Shown here: positions 54,084-63,942 of the stretch, piece by piece
Position numbering within the stretch: position 1 is the first letter of the stretch
How the letters are laid out: every line of letters begins with the position of its first letter
Source: Planctomycetia bacterium
Lineage (GTDB): Bacteria; Planctomycetota; Planctomycetia; Pirellulales; UBA1268
Direction: 5' to 3'
Length of the DNA stretch: 64,000 nt
Assembly (NCBI GenBank): GCA_037129475.1
Contig: JBAXUY010000002.1
Span: forward strand, 50,170 to 114,169
Notes under the pieces: generated by a model
The model's input: the letters and a program-made list of their open reading frames with translations, nothing else
Told to the model about the DNA's origin: nothing
The model's database searches: none
Position numbers and translations under genes: made by a program

Positions 54084-54911
54084 ATGTCGATTTCCACGCG
54101 GCTTGCCGCCGTCGCCGCCGCGATCGTTGTCGCCGGAGCTGCGATTCCCGCCGCGGCCCGTGAGCCGGCCGCCCGCTCGCTCGCCTCGCCGGCCGCCGAC
54201 GTGCAGGACGTGCTCGAAGCCGAGGCAGCCGGGCTCGTGGCCGTGCGCTACGTGCCGAACGACTCGCGCTCGGCCCAGATCATCGTCACCAATCGTTCGC
54301 AGAAGCCGCTCACGCTGCGGCTGCCCACCGCCTTCGCCGGCGTGCCGGTGCTCGCCCAGATGATGGGCATGGGTGGCGGTGGTGGTGGTGGCGCCGGGTT
54401 CGGGGCCGGCGGCATCGGCGGCGGCGCCCAGGCGATGGGGGGTGGCGGTATGGGCGGCGGCATGGGGGGCATGGGCGGCGGCATGGGCGGCGGCGGCATG
54501 GGCGGCATGGGTGGCGGTGCGTTTTCGATTCCGCCCCAGAAGACCCGCGTGCTCCGGGTGACGACCGTGTGTTTGGAACACGGCAAGCCGGAGCCCTCGC
54601 CCAGGTATCCCTACAAACTCACTGAAGTCGAGAGCTTTTCGAACGATCCGAAGCTCGCGCTCGTGCTCGAGCGGCTCGGTCGTGGTGAACTGCCGCAGAA
54701 GGTCGCGCAGGCTGCGGCCTGGCATCTCTCGAGCGGGCTTTCGTGGGAGCAGTTGGCGGCTGAGAAGATCGACCACGCCGGCGGCGTGCCCGACGAGGCC
54801 TATTTCAATCCGGCCGAACTGCTCGCCGCCCACCGGGTCGTCGAGCAGGTGACGCAGACCGTCGCCCAGAGGCAGCCTGCGGCCGTCTCATCCGCGACGG
54901 GCGCTCAGTAG
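54084..54911 (+). CDS. Secreted protein with an internal Gly/Met-rich low-complexity insert
   Basis: ORF 54027..54911 trimmed to MSISTRLAAVAAAIVVAGAAIPAAA (signal peptide). Nucleotides 54360..54518 encode QMMGMGGGGGGGAGFGAGGIGGGAQAMGGGGMGGGMGGMGGGMGGGGMGGMGGG between ordinary globular-looking sequence. Confidence 0.7.
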   Translation: MSISTRLAAVAAAIVVAGAAIPAAAREPAARSLASPAADVQDVLEAEAAGLVAVRYVPNDSRSAQIIVTNRSQKPLTLRLPTAFAGVPVLAQMMGMGGGGGGGAGFGAGGIGGGAQAMGGGGMGGGMGGMGGGMGGGGMGGMGGGAFSIPPQKTRVLRVTTVCLEHGKPEPSPRYPYKLTEVESFSNDPKLALVLERLGRGELPQKVAQAAAWHLSSGLSWEQLAAEKIDHAGGVPDEAYFNPAELLAAHRVVEQVTQTVAQRQPAAVSSATGAQ

Positions 54912-55954
54912 TCGCCGCCGATCGCTTCGCCGCCGGCCCGCGAGCCGAGGGCCTGCCATGTCGCGAGGTCGATTCCTGAGCCGATCGACCGGACCGAGCC
55001 GTCCATCATCGCCGCATTCACCATGTCGCGATGATGGCTCCGCGAGGTGACGACGGCCCGAGTGACTGCTGTCGCCGTGGTGCCCTCGCGCGGGCCGCAG
55101 ACGTCGACGTCGTACTCGCGTCCGTCAGAGTGCGTGTATGGGACGGCTGTGTTGGGCGGAAACGTCGTGGTGAGGCCGATGTGAAGCGCACGGCCGCAGA
55201 CCCATTCGGTGTGCCCCAACTCTGCAAAGGTGCCGCCGGCTGCGAGGGCACCGGCGGCGGCGGGGCTCGTCGGCGTCGACGTCGGCATGCTTGAAACCTC
55301 CTGCGATCGGGGCGTCCGCGCCTTCACCTCAGCGAGCGCGAGCGTCTTGCTCAGGCCGTCGACGTAGGCCGCGGGCCGAAGCCTTTTGAAGGGAGCGAAT
55401 GCCCCGCCGCCGTCGGGCCGCGATGCGACGCTGGCGTCGAGCACCAGATACGGCCCGACGTTGAGGCCGTAGTTCAGCGGGAAGTGCTTGGGTAAGCCGT
55501 TGGCATCAAGCACGGGCGTGGCTTTGGTCTCACCCGGGCAGACGAGCACGTCGACACGGAGGGCGGCGACGCCGTTGGGTGGGAACAGGCTCATGTTGGA
55601 GCCGCTGCTGTAAGGCTGCGAGAAATCGATCTTTCGAAATAGCGTGTCGCCCTCGAGGTAGGGCAGCATCACCGACTGGCCCGACCACGGCGCCGAGCCC
55701 ACCGCGACGCCGTCCTGGCACGACGGCGGAAACACACGCTGGGAGTTCTCGTAGGTATGGAGCGCCATGCCCAGCTGCCGGAGATTGTTCTGGCAGGCGC
55801 TGCGTCTGGCCGCCTCCCTGGCACTCTGCACGGCCGGGAGCAAGAGCCCCACCAGCATGCCGATGATCGCGATCACGACGAGCAGTTCAACGAGACTGAA
55901 GCCCGTCTTGGCTCCCGTGCACCAGGTCGCGGAGGCGGCGCTGTTTTTTCGCAT
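54905..55954 (-). CDS. DUF1559 protein with prepilin-type N-terminal cleavage/methylation domain
   Basis: GFSLVELLVVIAIIGMLVGLLLPAVQSAREAARRSACQNNLRQLGMALHTYE ... the C-terminal part includes HHRDMVNAAMMDGSV (H-x9-DG-like). This is a hallmark planctomycetal family. Confidence 0.9.
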   Translation of the reverse strand: MRKNSAASATWCTGAKTGFSLVELLVVIAIIGMLVGLLLPAVQSAREAARRSACQNNLRQLGMALHTYENSQRVFPPSCQDGVAVGSAPWSGQSVMLPYLEGDTLFRKIDFSQPYSSGSNMSLFPPNGVAALRVDVLVCPGETKATPVLDANGLPKHFPLNYGLNVGPYLVLDASVASRPDGGGAFAPFKRLRPAAYVDGLSKTLALAEVKARTPRSQEVSSMPTSTPTSPAAAGALAAGGTFAELGHTEWVCGRALHIGLTTTFPPNTAVPYTHSDGREYDVDVCGPREGTTATAVTRAVVTSRSHHRDMVNAAMMDGSVRSIGSGIDLATWQALGSRAGGEAIGGDY

Positions 55955-56126
55955 CGGTTGGTTCCGAAAATACGCAACGCAAAGAAATTGAGAATCAATC
56001 TCAACTCGCGTATTCTAGGTTTGTCGTCGATCGTGTCAACAACGCTTGACGCGAGCCCTTCACTCTCGAGCGTTTGCCGGTACAACGAAAGCACTTACGT
56101 CAACACCGCAGCGGGGACTGACAAGC

Positions 56127-57053
56127 ATGCATGCCGAGCCGGGAACGAGCCGCGGTGCCGGCGATCAGGAAGTGATCGTCGCGGCCCGCAACCTCTCGAA
56201 GACCTACCGGGATTTCTGGGGCCGCAGCAAAAAGGTGGCGCTCAAACCGCTCGACCTCGAGATTCGTCGCGGCGAGATCTTCGGTCTCTTGGGCCCCAAC
56301 GGCTCGGGCAAGACCACCACGATGAAACTCCTGCTCGGACTCATCTTCCCGACATCCGGCGAGGCGCTCGTGTTCGGCCGCGACGCCACCGACGTCTCGA
56401 AGAACGAACGGATCGGCTACCTGCCGGAGGAGACGTATCTCTACAAGTTTCTTGACGCCGAAGAGACGCTCGACTTCTACGGCCGGCTCTTCGACATGCC
56501 GCCGGAGGAACGGAAGCGCCGGGCCGATGCCCTGATCGCGATGGTGGGGTTGTCGCGCGACAAGAAGCGGCAGCTCAAGGAATACTCCAAGGGCATGACG
56601 CGCCGCATCGGCATCGCCCAGGCCCTGATCAACGATCCGGAGCTGGTCCTGCTCGACGAGCCGACGAGCGGTCTCGATCCGATCGGCACCCGTGAGATGA
56701 AGGATCTCATCATCGACCTCAAGAAGCGGGGCAAGACGGTGATCATGTCGTCGCACCTGCTCGCCGACGTGGAAGACGTGTGCGATCGCATCGCCGTCCT
56801 CCACCAGGGAGAGCTCAAGGAGCTCGGTCGGGTGGAGGATCTGCTGCGCGTCACCGACGTCACGCAGATTCGGGCCCGCGGACTGCCGGCCGCGGCCGTG
56901 GACGAGGTGCGGGCGGTGCTCCAGCGGCACGGTGGTGCCGACATCGAGATCGGCAACCCCACCACGACGCTCGAGGAGCTGTTTCTCGAGGTGGTGCGCG
57001 ACACGGAGGCCCGCCCCGGCCGGCGGGCCCGGCAGGCCGACAAACACGGGTGA
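56127..57053 (+). CDS. ABC transporter ATP-binding protein
   Basis: Walker [14 protein letters not shown]-loop, signature YSKGMTRR, Walker [13 protein letters not shown] and the H-loop SSHLL. Start placed at the ATG at 56127. Confidence 0.9.
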   Translation: MHAEPGTSRGAGDQEVIVAARNLSKTYRDFWGRSKKVALKPLDLEIRRGEIFGLLGPNGSGKTTTMKLLLGLIFPTSGEALVFGRDATDVSKNERIGYLPEETYLYKFLDAEETLDFYGRLFDMPPEERKRRADALIAMVGLSRDKKRQLKEYSKGMTRRIGIAQALINDPELVLLDEPTSGLDPIGTREMKDLIIDLKKRGKTVIMSSHLLADVEDVCDRIAVLHQGELKELGRVEDLLRVTDVTQIRARGLPAAAVDEVRAVLQRHGGADIEIGNPTTTLEELFLEVVRDTEARPGRRARQADKHG

Positions 57054-57089
57054 GCGGAGGGCCCACCGGCCCGGCGCTGCGGACGACAC

Positions 57090-58916
57090 ATGGTGCTCGA
57101 AGAGGAAATCCCGAAGTTCACCGCCTGGATCGGGCCCGCGCTCGTCTCCTGGCTGTTCGTGGCCGGCCTCGTGGCGGTGTTCGCCGCCGCCCTCGCCTGG
57201 CTCGTGCAGTCGGCGCTCTACGGGCCGCTGGCCGCCGGCGACCGCGTCTATCGCGGCGTGCTCGGCACACTCGCCGATCTGGCCGGAATGTCGCCGCGAC
57301 GCATCTGGGCGCTGGCACGGCTGGCTGTGCAGGAGTCGCTGCGGCGCAACGTGCTCGTGGTGCTCGGCCTGTTTGCCGTGATCGTGCTCTTCGCCGGCTG
57401 GTTTCTCGACCCGGCGAGCGTGAACCCCGGCAAGCTCTATCTCGGGTTCATCCTTTCGGCGACGAACCTGCTCGTGTGCCTCGTCGTGCTCGTGCTCTCG
57501 GTCTTCAGCCTGCCGGCCGACATCAAGGCGAAGGCGATCCAGACGGTGACCACGAAGCCCGTGCGCACCGGCGAGATCGTGCTGGGCCGGATGCTCGGCT
57601 TCGCGCTCGTCGGCACCGTGCTGCTCGCCTTGATGGGGGGCGTCGGCTGGGCATTCGTCGTGCGCAGCGTGCGGCACGAACATGATCTGCTTGCCGATGA
57701 CGTGCTCGACATGAAGGCCGACGATGGCTCTGTCACCGGCTTCGAGGGCCGCACGAGCCTCGCCCGCGGCCATCGCCACCGCGTGGACCTCGGCCCCGAC
57801 GGCACGGGTCGCACCGACACCGTCCAGGGGCATCGGCACACCGTCCGCGCCGTCGAGACGGCGGCCGGCAGGGCCTACGAGGTGGGGCCGCCGGAAGGCC
57901 TGCTCGAAGCCCGCAAGCCGCTGCGCGGCACGCTCCGGTTTCTGGATCGCCAGGGGAAGCCGAGCACGAAGGGGATCAGCGTCGGCGCCGAGTGGTCGTA
58001 TCGCCAATACATCGAGGGCGGATCGCTCGCAGCCGCGATCTGGACGTTCGACGGCGTGACGGAGCGGGAGTTTCCCGACGGCCTGCCGCTCGAGATGATC
58101 GTGCGGGTGTTCCGCACCTACAAGGGCGAGATCGAGAAGGGGATCGCCGGCAGCGTGCGGGTGCGCAATCCGGCCAACGGGCTCCAGTGCGACCCGATCT
58201 ACTTCACCGCCAAGGAGTTCACGATCGACTCGCTGTTGATTCCGCGGCAACTCGCCGCGACCACCACCGACGGCGGCACGCGGCAGGTCGACCTGTTCGG
58301 CGACATCGTCACCGACGGCCGCGTCGAGGTCGTGCTCCAGTGCCTCGAGCCCGCGCAGTACTACGGCGTCGCCCAGGCCGACTTCTACCTCCGCCGGGGC
58401 AGCGGGTCGTTTCTGGCCAACTACGCCAAGAGCTGTCTCGGCATCTGGTTCTCGATGCTCATCGTCACGGCCCTCGGCGTGATGTTCAGCACGTTCCTCG
58501 CCGGGCCGGTCGCCCTCCTGGCGGCGCTGTCGGTCGTGCTCGTCGGGCAGTTTCGCGAGTTTATCCAGCGGCTCTTCGAAAGCCAGGTGACCGGGGACAG
58601 CAAGATCGTGCCCGGGGGCGGCCCGATCGAGTCGCTCTACCGGATCGTGACGCAGACGAGCATCACGCTCGAGCTCGATCCGAGCCCGGCAGTGACCGCG
58701 ATGAAGGCGATCGACACGGTGCTGCTCGCCCCGATGCGACTGGGGGCGGCGCTGTTTCCATCGCTCTCGTCGCTTGGAACGGGCGATTTTTTGGCGGGCG
58801 GATTCGACATCCCATGGGACCTCCTCGGGGCCCACGCCATGGAGACGCTCGGCTATCTCGTCGCCTTCTTCATCGTGGGTGCGGTGTGCCTCAAGGCCCG
58901 GGAGGTGGCGGCATGA
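57090..58916 (+). CDS. ABC-2-type permease-like polytopic membrane protein with a large extracytoplasmic insert
   Basis: 608 aa. TM clusters at both ends flank an insert of about 250 aa that contains the duplicated motif RGHRHRVDLGPDGTGRTDTVQGHRHTV. It directly follows the ATPase gene. Confidence 0.65.
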   Translation: MVLEEEIPKFTAWIGPALVSWLFVAGLVAVFAAALAWLVQSALYGPLAAGDRVYRGVLGTLADLAGMSPRRIWALARLAVQESLRRNVLVVLGLFAVIVLFAGWFLDPASVNPGKLYLGFILSATNLLVCLVVLVLSVFSLPADIKAKAIQTVTTKPVRTGEIVLGRMLGFALVGTVLLALMGGVGWAFVVRSVRHEHDLLADDVLDMKADDGSVTGFEGRTSLARGHRHRVDLGPDGTGRTDTVQGHRHTVRAVETAAGRAYEVGPPEGLLEARKPLRGTLRFLDRQGKPSTKGISVGAEWSYRQYIEGGSLAAAIWTFDGVTEREFPDGLPLEMIVRVFRTYKGEIEKGIAGSVRVRNPANGLQCDPIYFTAKEFTIDSLLIPRQLAATTTDGGTRQVDLFGDIVTDGRVEVVLQCLEPAQYYGVAQADFYLRRGSGSFLANYAKSCLGIWFSMLIVTALGVMFSTFLAGPVALLAALSVVLVGQFREFIQRLFESQVTGDSKIVPGGGPIESLYRIVTQTSITLELDPSPAVTAMKAIDTVLLAPMRLGAALFPSLSSLGTGDFLAGGFDIPWDLLGAHAMETLGYLVAFFIVGAVCLKAREVAA

Positions 58917-60433
58917 CCACGCCGACGACATCGTGGCTTGGACTGCGGCGGGAAACGCTGGTCGCACTCGTCGCGATCGCGGTGCTGCTCGTGCCGCTCT
59001 CGGTCTTGAGCCAGCCGGCCGATTCGTCGAGCCCCGGCGGCTTTCTGGCGCGGCAGCGGGCGAAGTTCGGCCTCTCGCAAGCGAACCTCGGAGAGGTCGA
59101 TCCCACGAGCGAGACGATGCGGCTGGCGACGCTCGGCCTCAAGAACGTGGCCGTGACGCTGCTCTGGGACCGGGCCAACCACTACAAGAAGGTGGAGGAT
59201 TGGACGAACCTCTCGGCGGCGCTCGAGCAGATGACGAAGCTCCAGCCCAACTTCTATTCCGTGTGGGACTTCCAGGCCCACAATCTCTCCTACAACATCT
59301 CCGTCGAGTTCGACGACTACCACGATCGCTACGCCTGGGTCATGAAGGGGATCGAGTTTCTCCGGCAGGGCATCGCCCTCAACCAGCGTGAGCCACGCCT
59401 GCTCGGCCGGATGGGCTGGTTCATCGGCCAGAAGATCGGCCGGGCCGACGAGAAGAAGCAGTATCGGCGGCTGTTCAAGGCCGACGACGACTTCCACGAG
59501 CGCGACCGCCCCGGCCGCACGCTCCCCGAACGCGACAACTGGCTCGTGGCACGGGAAAAATACCTGGCCGCGCAGCAACTGGCCGATTCCGGTGCGCCGC
59601 TCAAGACGACGCCGCTCATCTTCCACAGCGAGCCGATGATGACCGCGATCAACTACGCCCGGGCTCTCGAAGAGGAAGGCGTGTTCGGCGAGACGGCCCG
59701 CGAGGCCTGGAAACTGGCCGGCGACGAGATGCGGCGGTTTTCGGTGCGGGAGATTCCGACGAGCTGGGACGTGCCGATTCGGCTCGGCATGCGGGAGGCC
59801 GAACTGGCCCGTGCCACAAAGCTCGGCGAGGAACTCGAGACGCTGCTCCCCGGCCTCTTCAAGGAAATCCAGGATCGCAAGCGGTCGGCGCTGTCCGCCG
59901 ATCAGCGCAAGGCGATCGACACGCCCGCGATCGATCGGACCGAGGCCCAGCAGCAGACCGCCGCGGAGGCCGAGGCGTCCCTCGCCGTGACGTGGCCGAT
60001 GGTGGCCCGCGAGGCGCCGGCCGACGTCCGCGACAAGGCCCGGGAACTCTCCCGCCAATACACGGAGGCCTCCGAAACGGCCGAGATCATCGCCCGCTAC
60101 CGCGACATCGTGAACTTCGATTTTTGGCGGGCGTCCTGCGAGGTGGAGGTGACGGAGCCGGCGCTCCGGGCCCGCGAGATGGTGTGGCAGGCGGAACGTG
60201 AGTTCGAAAACGCGCGGCTCCTGCCCGCGAAACAAGCCTACGAGCAGGCCTTCGCGGCCTGGCGCGAGGTGCTCGACGCCTCCTCCGTGCTCAAGGCCGA
60301 CGACCTCACGGGGGACGACCTCACGGAGATGATCGATCGCTACCGCAAGGTGCTCGACCAGCTCGACGAGAAGTTTCCACAGCCGTTCATCCTCCAGGAC
60401 GTGCTCGACAGATCGAGGCGAACGGGCCAGTGA
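58913..60433 (+). CDS. Membrane-anchored helical protein of unknown function
   Basis: The ATG at 58913 overlaps the permease stop (ATGA). N-terminal TM (LVALVAIAVLLVPLSVL), then an alpha-helical body. The C-terminal motifs RYRDIVNFDFW, AWREVLD, IDRYRKVL and FILQDVLDRS are shared with the next gene. Confidence 0.7.
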   Translation: MTTPTTSWLGLRRETLVALVAIAVLLVPLSVLSQPADSSSPGGFLARQRAKFGLSQANLGEVDPTSETMRLATLGLKNVAVTLLWDRANHYKKVEDWTNLSAALEQMTKLQPNFYSVWDFQAHNLSYNISVEFDDYHDRYAWVMKGIEFLRQGIALNQREPRLLGRMGWFIGQKIGRADEKKQYRRLFKADDDFHERDRPGRTLPERDNWLVAREKYLAAQQLADSGAPLKTTPLIFHSEPMMTAINYARALEEEGVFGETAREAWKLAGDEMRRFSVREIPTSWDVPIRLGMREAELARATKLGEELETLLPGLFKEIQDRKRSALSADQRKAIDTPAIDRTEAQQQTAAEAEASLAVTWPMVAREAPADVRDKARELSRQYTEASETAEIIARYRDIVNFDFWRASCEVEVTEPALRAREMVWQAEREFENARLLPAKQAYEQAFAAWREVLDASSVLKADDLTGDDLTEMIDRYRKVLDQLDEKFPQPFILQDVLDRSRRTGQ

Positions 60434-60567
60434 CGGCCGGCTCGTCGGCACGGCGATGTGCCAGGTGTCCGGCATCACGGATCCCGCATGATTTCAGCGG
60501 TGGCGATGCATTGATTGCCGGCGCGCGAACTTTCCCTGGCCGTGATCCGTAGAGTTGCCATCACAGC

Positions 60568-60602
60568 AGACGGACACATGACCTGGGGCAGGTCGTCCGT
60601 CT
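60568..60602 (+). terminator. Imperfect hairpin between the two paralogous genes
   Basis: AGACGGAC-ACAT-GACCTG-GGG-CAGGTC-GTCCGTCT followed by TGATT. The next gene has its own AAAGGAG Shine-Dalgarno. Confidence 0.3.
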
Positions 60603-60639
60603 TGATTGGGGACCCACGCTTTCGCGAAAGGAGTGCGCC

Positions 60640-61482
60640 ATGGCCACCGTCGTCGCCCCTGCTCACCGCCACCATGCCTTCTGGTTGAGAATCGTCGAGG
60701 ATCTCGCGTTGGTATTCACCGTTGCGGCCGTCGCCTGGTTTGGCTTCGTCGGCGTCGTCGTCAAGCCCACGTCGTGGCGGGACGCGTTGCCGCGGTTGGG
60801 CATGAACGCCAGTCCTCAGGCCATCGAGCCGCTCTCGATCGTCGCCGCCAGCAGGCCGATGCTGGCCGCCGTGGCGGCCGCCACGTCGCTCGAGGAGCGC
60901 GGTGTCTTCGGAGCGGAGGCCGCGGCCGCCTGGCGATCGGCCCTCGACGAGTGCCGCAGGTTGGCAGTGCAGCCGATCGCGCGGTCCCACGGGGAGCCGG
61001 TGCTCTTGTGGCTGCTGGAGGCTGAACGCGAGCGGGCGGAGGAACTCGCCGGGCTCATCTCCGCGGCCGCGACATCTCCGGAGAACGTCGCGGCGTTGAC
61101 CGTGCTGCGTGCCGAGGCGATTTCCAACGCGGACCACATCCAGCGCTACCGGGACATCGTGAATTTCGACCACTGGAAGGCCGTCTGCGAACTCGGTGTC
61201 TCGGCGGACGGGCTGGAGGCGCGGGAGGCGGGCTGGATGGCGACGCACGCCGATGACGAGGGCCGGCTGGGCGAGGCGCAGGATGCCCACGAGGCCTCGT
61301 TCAGAGCATGGCGGCGGGTGCTCGATGCACAACCAACGCTCCTCGACGACGCGCTCGTGGTGGAGGACCTTGCGGGTCAGATCGACCGCTATCGCACGGT
61401 ACTCGCCGAGAAGGGCGTCGCGTTTCCCGCGTCGTTCATCCTCCAGGATGTCGTCGCTCGCAGCAGTGCGCCTGCCGGCTGA
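60640..61482 (+). CDS. Truncated paralog of the preceding gene (C-terminal-half homolog)
   Basis: 280 aa. It shares EERGVFG-E-A--AW, RYRDIVNFDHW, AWRRVLDA, IDRYRTVL and FILQDVVARS, in the same order, with residues 270..506 or so of the 58913..60433 product. Confidence 0.65.
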   Translation: MATVVAPAHRHHAFWLRIVEDLALVFTVAAVAWFGFVGVVVKPTSWRDALPRLGMNASPQAIEPLSIVAASRPMLAAVAAATSLEERGVFGAEAAAAWRSALDECRRLAVQPIARSHGEPVLLWLLEAERERAEELAGLISAAATSPENVAALTVLRAEAISNADHIQRYRDIVNFDHWKAVCELGVSADGLEAREAGWMATHADDEGRLGEAQDAHEASFRAWRRVLDAQPTLLDDALVVEDLAGQIDRYRTVLAEKGVAFPASFILQDVVARSSAPAG

Positions 61483-62772
61483 TCAGGCCCGCGTCACCAG
61501 GAGCTTGTCGATCCGGCGGCCGTCCATGTCGACGACCTCGATCGACAGGCCCTGCCACTGCGTCTTGTCGCCGGTGGCGGGAATCCGCTCCAGCAGCGCG
61601 AGCACGAGGCCGGACACGGTGGAGTAGTCGCGGGGCAGGGCGTCGAGCTTGATCTCGAACCGCTCGGCAAGCGCCTCGATGCCGGCACCGCCGTCGACGA
61701 GCCATGAGCCGTCGTCGCGCCGCACGAAGGCGGTCTCCTTGTCACCCCGGTGCTCGTCGTGGATCTCGCCGACGAGTTCCTCGAGCACGTCCTCGAGCGT
61801 CACGAGCCCCTCGGTGCCGCCGTATTCATCGAGCACGATCGCGAGCTGGTTCTTCTCCTTCTGGAAGAGCTCGAGCAGCCGGTCGAGCGGCATCGTTTCG
61901 GGCACGAACACCGCCCGGTGCATCATCTTGCGGAGTTCGATCGGCCAGCCCATCCAGTTGTTCCGCAGCACGTCCTTGAGCGACACGTAGCCGAGGATGT
62001 GATCGAGCGACCCCTCGTAGACGGGCAGCCGCGAGTAGCCCGCCATGGCGATTGCGCCGAGCACCTCTCCCGGCGGCGTGTCGATGTCGAGGGCGTCGAG
62101 GTCGATGCGCGGACGCATGATGTCACGAACCGTCCGCTCGCCGAGCCGCAGGGCCTCCGTCGCCACCGCCTGCTCCACCGCCTCGAGCACCCCCTCGGCA
62201 CGGCCGGCCTCCAGCAGGTGCTCGATGTCGTCCACCGACACGCTCGGCCCGTCGTGCTTGTGCGCACCGAGCAGGAACAGCACGGCCGAGGTGGCGGAGC
62301 TGAGCCCCCACACGAGCGGCTTGGTCAAGCCGGCGAATCGTTGCATGAAGGGGGCGACGAGTCGGGCGATCGACTCGGCCTGGCGCAACGCGAGCCGTTT
62401 CGGCACGAGCTCGCCGAGCAGAAGCGTGAAGAAGGAGAAGATCGCCACGAACACCGTGAGGGCGATCGGCTGGGCCGCACCCGCGAGGCCGCGCGGGCTG
62501 TTCGCGGCGATCAGCGCCGCCATGTCGCTCACGAGCCGGTCGCCGCCGTAGGCGGCCGCGAGGGTGCCGACGAGCGTGATGCCGATCTGCACCGTGGGCA
62601 AAAACTTGTCGGGGCTCGAGGCGAGTTCGAGTGCCTTGCGCGCGGCGTCGTCGCCGCCATCGGCCATCTGTCGCAGCCGCCCGCGGCGGCTGGCCACGAT
62701 CGCCATCTCCGCCCCGGAAAAAAATCCGTTGGCCAGGATGAGCGCGAGAACGATGAGCAGTTCCTGGAGCAT
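61483..62772 (-). CDS. Hemolysin-family/CNNM protein (DUF21-CBS pair-CorC_HlyC)
   Basis: LALILANGFFSGAEMAIVS-type DUF21 N-terminus ... VRDIMRPR ... a CBS pair ... C-terminal transporter-associated domain (GDKTQWQGLSIEVVDMDGRRIDKLLV). Confidence 0.9.
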   Translation of the reverse strand: MLQELLIVLALILANGFFSGAEMAIVASRRGRLRQMADGGDDAARKALELASSPDKFLPTVQIGITLVGTLAAAYGGDRLVSDMAALIAANSPRGLAGAAQPIALTVFVAIFSFFTLLLGELVPKRLALRQAESIARLVAPFMQRFAGLTKPLVWGLSSATSAVLFLLGAHKHDGPSVSVDDIEHLLEAGRAEGVLEAVEQAVATEALRLGERTVRDIMRPRIDLDALDIDTPPGEVLGAIAMAGYSRLPVYEGSLDHILGYVSLKDVLRNNWMGWPIELRKMMHRAVFVPETMPLDRLLELFQKEKNQLAIVLDEYGGTEGLVTLEDVLEELVGEIHDEHRGDKETAFVRRDDGSWLVDGGAGIEALAERFEIKLDALPRDYSTVSGLVLALLERIPATGDKTQWQGLSIEVVDMDGRRIDKLLVTRA

Positions 62773-62784
62773 GGTGGTGCGGCG

Positions 62785-63942
62785 TCAGCCGGCGGCGTGG
62801 TCGCGGCGCGTGATTGCGAGGTTGTCGCGGTGAATCACCTCGTCGTACGGGCAATAGCCGAGCGCGTCGGCGATGCGTTCCGTCTTGAGGCCTGCGATCC
62901 GCCGGAGCTCGGCGACGGAATAGTTGACGAGTCCCCGGGCGAACTCGCTGCCGTTTTCGGCGGCGAGGGCGACCACGTCGCCCGTGGCGAAGTCGCCCTC
63001 CAGTCGCCGCACGCCCGCAGCCAGAAGGCTGCGCCCGTGGGCGACGACGGCGTCGCGGGCCCCGTCATCGACGATCACCCGCCCGCGGGCGTCGGCAGAC
63101 CAGCCGAGCCAGCGCTTCCAGGCGGGCATCGTGACGCCCCTGGCGAGGAACGCGGTGCCGACGTCCTCCGCGGCCATCAACCGCTCGAGCACGCGGTCGT
63201 CGCGGCCGGAGGCGATCACGCAGTGGCTGCCCGCCTCGGTGGCGATGCGGGCAGCCGCGATCTTGCTCGCCATGCCCCCTTTCGACACACCCCCGAGCCG
63301 GTCGCGGGCGAGCGCCTCGATGCGGCCGTCGATCCGCTCGACGACGGGCACCCGGGCCGCACCCGGATCGGAGGGATGGCGGTCGAACACGCCGTCGACG
63401 TCCGACAGGAGCACGAGCAGGTCGGCCCCGAGGAGCGTCGTCACGAGGGCGGCGAGGCGGTCGTTGTCGCCGAAACTCGTGCGGAGTTCCTCGACGCTGA
63501 CGGTGTCGTTCTCGTTGATGACCGGGATCACGCCGTAGTCGAGCAGGGCCCGGAGCGTATTGCGGATGTTGAGATAGCGGACCCGGTCCTGGAAGTCGTC
63601 GGCAACCAGGAGCACCTGCGCGGCGTGCCGATTCCGCCCACGGAACGCCCGCTCGTAGGCCTCGATCAGGCTGCTCTGGCCGATCGCCGCCACGGCCTGC
63701 AGGTGGGCGAGTTCCTGGGGCCGCGTCGAGAGGCCCATCCGGCCCATGCCCGCTCCGACCGCACCGGAGCTCACGAGCACGACACGCCTCCCCTGTGCGA
63801 GGAGGGCGTCGAACTGCCGGCCGAGTGACTCGATCCGGGCACCGTCGAGCAAGCCGTCGCTGCCGGTGAGCACGCGAGTGCCGACCTTCACGATGACCAG
63901 TCGGGAGGTGTCGGCGAGGGTCCGGCGCGACGGATCAGCCAT
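62785..63942 (-). CDS. proB: Glutamate 5-kinase (with C-terminal PUA domain)
   Basis: LVIVKVGTRVLT ... VLVSSGAVGAGMG ... PVINENDTV ... FGDNDRLAALV ... GGMASKIAAARIA ... PUA-like GDVVAL...ARGLVNYS. Confidence 0.95.
   Translation of the reverse strand: MADPSRRTLADTSRLVIVKVGTRVLTGSDGLLDGARIESLGRQFDALLAQGRRVVLVSSGAVGAGMGRMGLSTRPQELAHLQAVAAIGQSSLIEAYERAFRGRNRHAAQVLLVADDFQDRVRYLNIRNTLRALLDYGVIPVINENDTVSVEELRTSFGDNDRLAALVTTLLGADLLVLLSDVDGVFDRHPSDPGAARVPVVERIDGRIEALARDRLGGVSKGGMASKIAAARIATEAGSHCVIASGRDDRVLERLMAAEDVGTAFLARGVTMPAWKRWLGWSADARGRVIVDDGARDAVVAHGRSLLAAGVRRLEGDFATGDVVALAAENGSEFARGLVNYSVAELRRIAGLKTERIADALGYCPYDEVIHRDNLAITRRDHAAG

Noticed and set aside
55988-56004. Inverted repeat TTGAGA-ATCAA-TCTCAA in the divergent DUF1559/ABC intergenic region, as a possible operator.
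   Set aside because: It has only 6 bp arms, occurs once, and no adjacent regulator gene is present. This is too weak to call.
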